A stretch of DNA of 48,502 nucleotides from Candidatus Nanopelagicales bacterium (GTDB taxonomy: Bacteria > Actinomycetota > Actinomycetes > S36-B12 > UBA5976), in contig JBIIMD010000001.1 in the NCBI GenBank assembly GCA_044232525.1, positions 1 to 48,502 of the forward strand. Direction: 5' to 3'. Below, piece after piece: positions 46,175 to 48,502 of this stretch. Position 1 is the first letter of the stretch; every line of letters begins with the position of its first letter. The position numbers were made by a program, and so were the translations under genes. Below the pieces are notes generated by a model. That model made no database searches, was not told the origin of the DNA, and was given only the letters and a program-made list of their open reading frames with translations.

Positions 46175-48367
46175 TTAGCCAGAAATTGCCTTGAAGGATC
46201 GAAGGCGCAAGCTGTTAGTAACTACAAAGACACTCGAGAATGCCATTGCAGCTGCGGCGATCACTGGACCAAGTAGTCCGAGCATGGCAAGTGGAATCGC
46301 CGCAACATTGTAGGCAAAGGCCCAGAACAAATTGATCTTGATCGTTCGCATTGTTGCACGCGACAACTCAATGGCATCAACGGCTGCAGCCATAGTCGAA
46401 CGTAACAACACAATGTCAGCTGCACTTGCTGCCACATCTGCGCCAGTACCCATTGCCAAACTCAAGTGTGCTTTAGCTAGAGCGGCGGCGTCATTGATGC
46501 CATCACCAATCATTGCTACAAAGTGCCCATCGTTTTGATTTGCTGTGACCAATTCAAGTTTTTGCGCAGGTGAACTATTTGCAAAGAACTGAGCTATGCC
46601 CAACTGCTGACTAACTTTTTCAACTGCAACTTGGTTATCACCCGAGGCCACAATTGGAGTGATCTTTAACTTTTGAAGATGCGCCAGGGCTGGAATCGCG
46701 CTTGGGTCCAGTGCATCAGCTAATGCAATAACGGCAACCGCGTAAGCATCACGATAAACAACAACCACACTGTCACCGCGAGCTTGGAATCTTTCAGCTG
46801 CTTGGGCGAACTCGCCTTCTGGAACTCCCAACCATTTCGGTGATCCCAAAGCGCAAGGATGCCCAGCGACCAAGCCTTGAACTCCTGAGCCGCCAATGGT
46901 GTGAACTTTGGTTGCTGTTTCTTTAGTGAATTCAAACTTGCGGGCATGAGTTCGCAGGCTAGTAGCTATTGGGTGAGTTGAGCTGGCCTCAAGCGCGTCA
47001 ACAATTTGCCACAGTTCGGTCGGTTCAATCTTGGTGAAAACTTCAACCACGCTCATTCGGCCGTCTGTCAAGGTTCCAGTTTTGTCCATGATCATGACAT
47101 CGATTTTTTGACTGGACTCGATGGCATGTGGGCCACGAATCAGAATTCCAAGTTGGGCTCCCCGACCAGTTCCCACCAACAATGCTGTTGGTGTGGCTAG
47201 TCCTAGTGCACAAGGGCAAGCAATTACTAAGACTGCGATTCCAGTTGTGATTGCCAAACCTGAATCGCCAGAGATTGCATACCAACTCACCGCTGTAACC
47301 AGAGCAAGTGCAACCACAATGGGCACGAAGATTTCTGAAACTTGATCAACTAAACGAGTTACTTCAGCTTTTCCAGTTTGCGCTTGATGCACAAGCCTCG
47401 AGATTCCTGAAAGTACTGTGTCTTTGCCAACGGCTTTGGCTTGAATTGTGAGCGCCGTGTCGATTAAGACTGTGGCGCCAATAACATCGTCGCCAACTGA
47501 CACAGCTACCGGAAGTGATTCACCAGTAACCAATGAGTTGTCAACGTGACCAGTACCAGAAATCACAATCGCATCCACTGGAATCTGACTTCCAGCGGGA
47601 ACATAAATTGTGTCACCTACTTTGACATCTTCAATTTCGGTTTTAACTTGATCACCATCTTTGATAACCAGAGCAAGCTTTGGATTCAAGCTGGCCAAAT
47701 TCTCAATTGCCTTCTGAGATTGTTCGCGTGCTCGGTGTTCCAGAAACTTTCCAAGTAGAACCAGTGTTGTAACGCCAGCCGCCACTTCGAAATAAAGTTC
47801 GGGGTGTGCCGAGGTGCTTCGTGTTGGGAAAAACTCTGCACTCATTTTCATACCAACTGCTCCAGCGGCGGTAAACAAAACTGCCCACATCGACCACAGG
47901 TAGGAAACCGCGACTCCAAGACTTACCAGCGAATCCATAGTGACTGCACGATGTCGCAGGTTCAAATATGCTGCGCGATGAAATGGCCAGGCGCCCCAGA
48001 TCGCAACCGGAGTTGCTAACGCGGCACAAACCCATTGCCAATACGAAAACTGAATTGACGGCATCATGGAAACAATCATCAATGGAATGGTTAATGCTGC
48101 CGAGATAATCAATCTGATTCGAAACTCGCGAACTCCGTATAGCTCAATAGCTTTACCAGAAATCGATGCGGTGTATCCAGTCTTTTCAATCGCCGCAATC
48201 AGCTGTTCGTTAGTTACTTCAGGATCAACATCAGCAAATGCCACACCAGTTGCATAGTTAACTGAGGCTCGAACGCCATCGAGTTTTTCTAAGGATTTTT
48301 CAACCCGACGTGAGCATGATGCGCAGGTCATTCCACCTACGCTGAGCTCAACGCTTCTGGCTGACAT
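46175..48367 (-). CDS. copA: Copper-translocating P1B-type ATPase
   Basis: N-terminal HMA motif GMTCASC, CPC in TM6 (ACPCALGLATP), DKTGTLT, and GDGINDAAAL. Confidence 0.93.
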   Translation of the reverse strand: MSARSVELSVGGMTCASCSRRVEKSLEKLDGVRASVNYATGVAFADVDPEVTNEQLIAAIEKTGYTASISGKAIELYGVREFRIRLIISAALTIPLMIVSMMPSIQFSYWQWVCAALATPVAIWGAWPFHRAAYLNLRHRAVTMDSLVSLGVAVSYLWSMWAVLFTAAGAVGMKMSAEFFPTRSTSAHPELYFEVAAGVTTLVLLGKFLEHRAREQSQKAIENLASLNPKLALVIKDGDQVKTEIEDVKVGDTIYVPAGSQIPVDAIVISGTGHVDNSLVTGESLPVAVSVGDDVIGATVLIDTALTIQAKAVGKDTVLSGISRLVHQAQTGKAEVTRLVDQVSEIFVPIVVALALVTAVSWYAISGDSGLAITTGIAVLVIACPCALGLATPTALLVGTGRGAQLGILIRGPHAIESSQKIDVMIMDKTGTLTDGRMSVVEVFTKIEPTELWQIVDALEASSTHPIATSLRTHARKFEFTKETATKVHTIGGSGVQGLVAGHPCALGSPKWLGVPEGEFAQAAERFQARGDSVVVVYRDAYAVAVIALADALDPSAIPALAHLQKLKITPIVASGDNQVAVEKVSQQLGIAQFFANSSPAQKLELVTANQNDGHFVAMIGDGINDAAALAKAHLSLAMGTGADVAASAADIVLLRSTMAAAVDAIELSRATMRTIKINLFWAFAYNVAAIPLAMLGLLGPVIAAAAMAFSSVFVVTNSLRLRSFKAISG

Positions 48368-48502
48368 TAGTTAGGGACGAGCTCGTATCCGGCTTCATCG
48401 ATCGCGGTAGCCAGTTGCGCCGGTTCGAGGGCAGCAGCTGAAGAAATTGTGACCTGACCAGATTCCAAATCAACATCAACTTCAGTAACTGTTGGCAGAA
48501 GG
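48367..48502 (-). CDS. copZ: Heavy-metal-associated (CopZ-like) copper chaperone, C-terminal part only (runs off the window)
   Basis: The minus-strand frame reads ...LLPTVTEVDVDLESGQVTISSAAALEPAQLATAIDEAGYELVPN*. Its stop overlaps the copA start (TAATG). Confidence 0.75.
   Translation of the reverse strand, partial: LLPTVTEVDVDLESGQVTISSAAALEPAQLATAIDEAGYELVPN

Noticed and set aside
46140-46178. 10-nt direct repeat CTGGGTTTAG at the ends of the convergent PMT and copA genes
   Set aside because: It is short, each copy merely contains a stop codon of one of the genes, and there is no hairpin potential. It is most likely coincidence.

Overview
The window reads as a compact, co-linear piece of core actinobacterial chromosome. 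GC content looks moderate to low by eye, genes are tightly packed, and GTG/TTG starts are frequent. I call 46 protein-coding genes and 2 tRNAs. Three blocks match gene neighbourhoods I know from Mycobacterium tuberculosis. (i) 1175-7477 matches the Rv3235/secA1 neighbourhood. (ii) 14289-16410 matches mca / DUF4307 / greA (Rv1082-Rv1080c). (iii) 22536-46149 matches Rv1026 to Rv1002c: ppx, DUF501, ftsB, eno, mazG, mfd, pth, rplY, prs, glmU, tRNA-Gln, TetR, ispE, ksgA, an rpfB-position gene, tatD, metG, rsmI and PMT. The rest is transporters (MMPL, CDF, DrrAB-like ABC, MFS, copZ/copA) and housekeeping genes (aspartate aminotransferase, ilvA, msrA, BI-1). I see no CRISPR array, transposase, integrase, phage genes or recognisable defence genes, and I cannot honestly claim a clearly new multi-gene system. 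The items most worth a second look are listed here. (1) A tRNA with anticodon UAA and Leu-type acceptor and D-arm features has only a 5-nt variable loop, so it is a class-I-like tRNA-Leu. (2) A truncated tad-like pair (a SAF/CpaB-like gene plus a TadZ/CpaE-like gene with a degenerate P-loop) sits in a small cluster of unknown function next to secA. (3) The rpfB-position gene keeps the G5 domain but carries a different C-terminal muralytic domain, behind a structured leader. (4) Several inverted or tandem repeats lie in divergent or convergent intergenic regions. Many six-frame track ORFs are N-terminally over-extended, so I re-called starts where a Shine-Dalgarno sequence and homology to known N-termini supported it. 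All function calls rest on motif and family recognition by eye, not on database searches.
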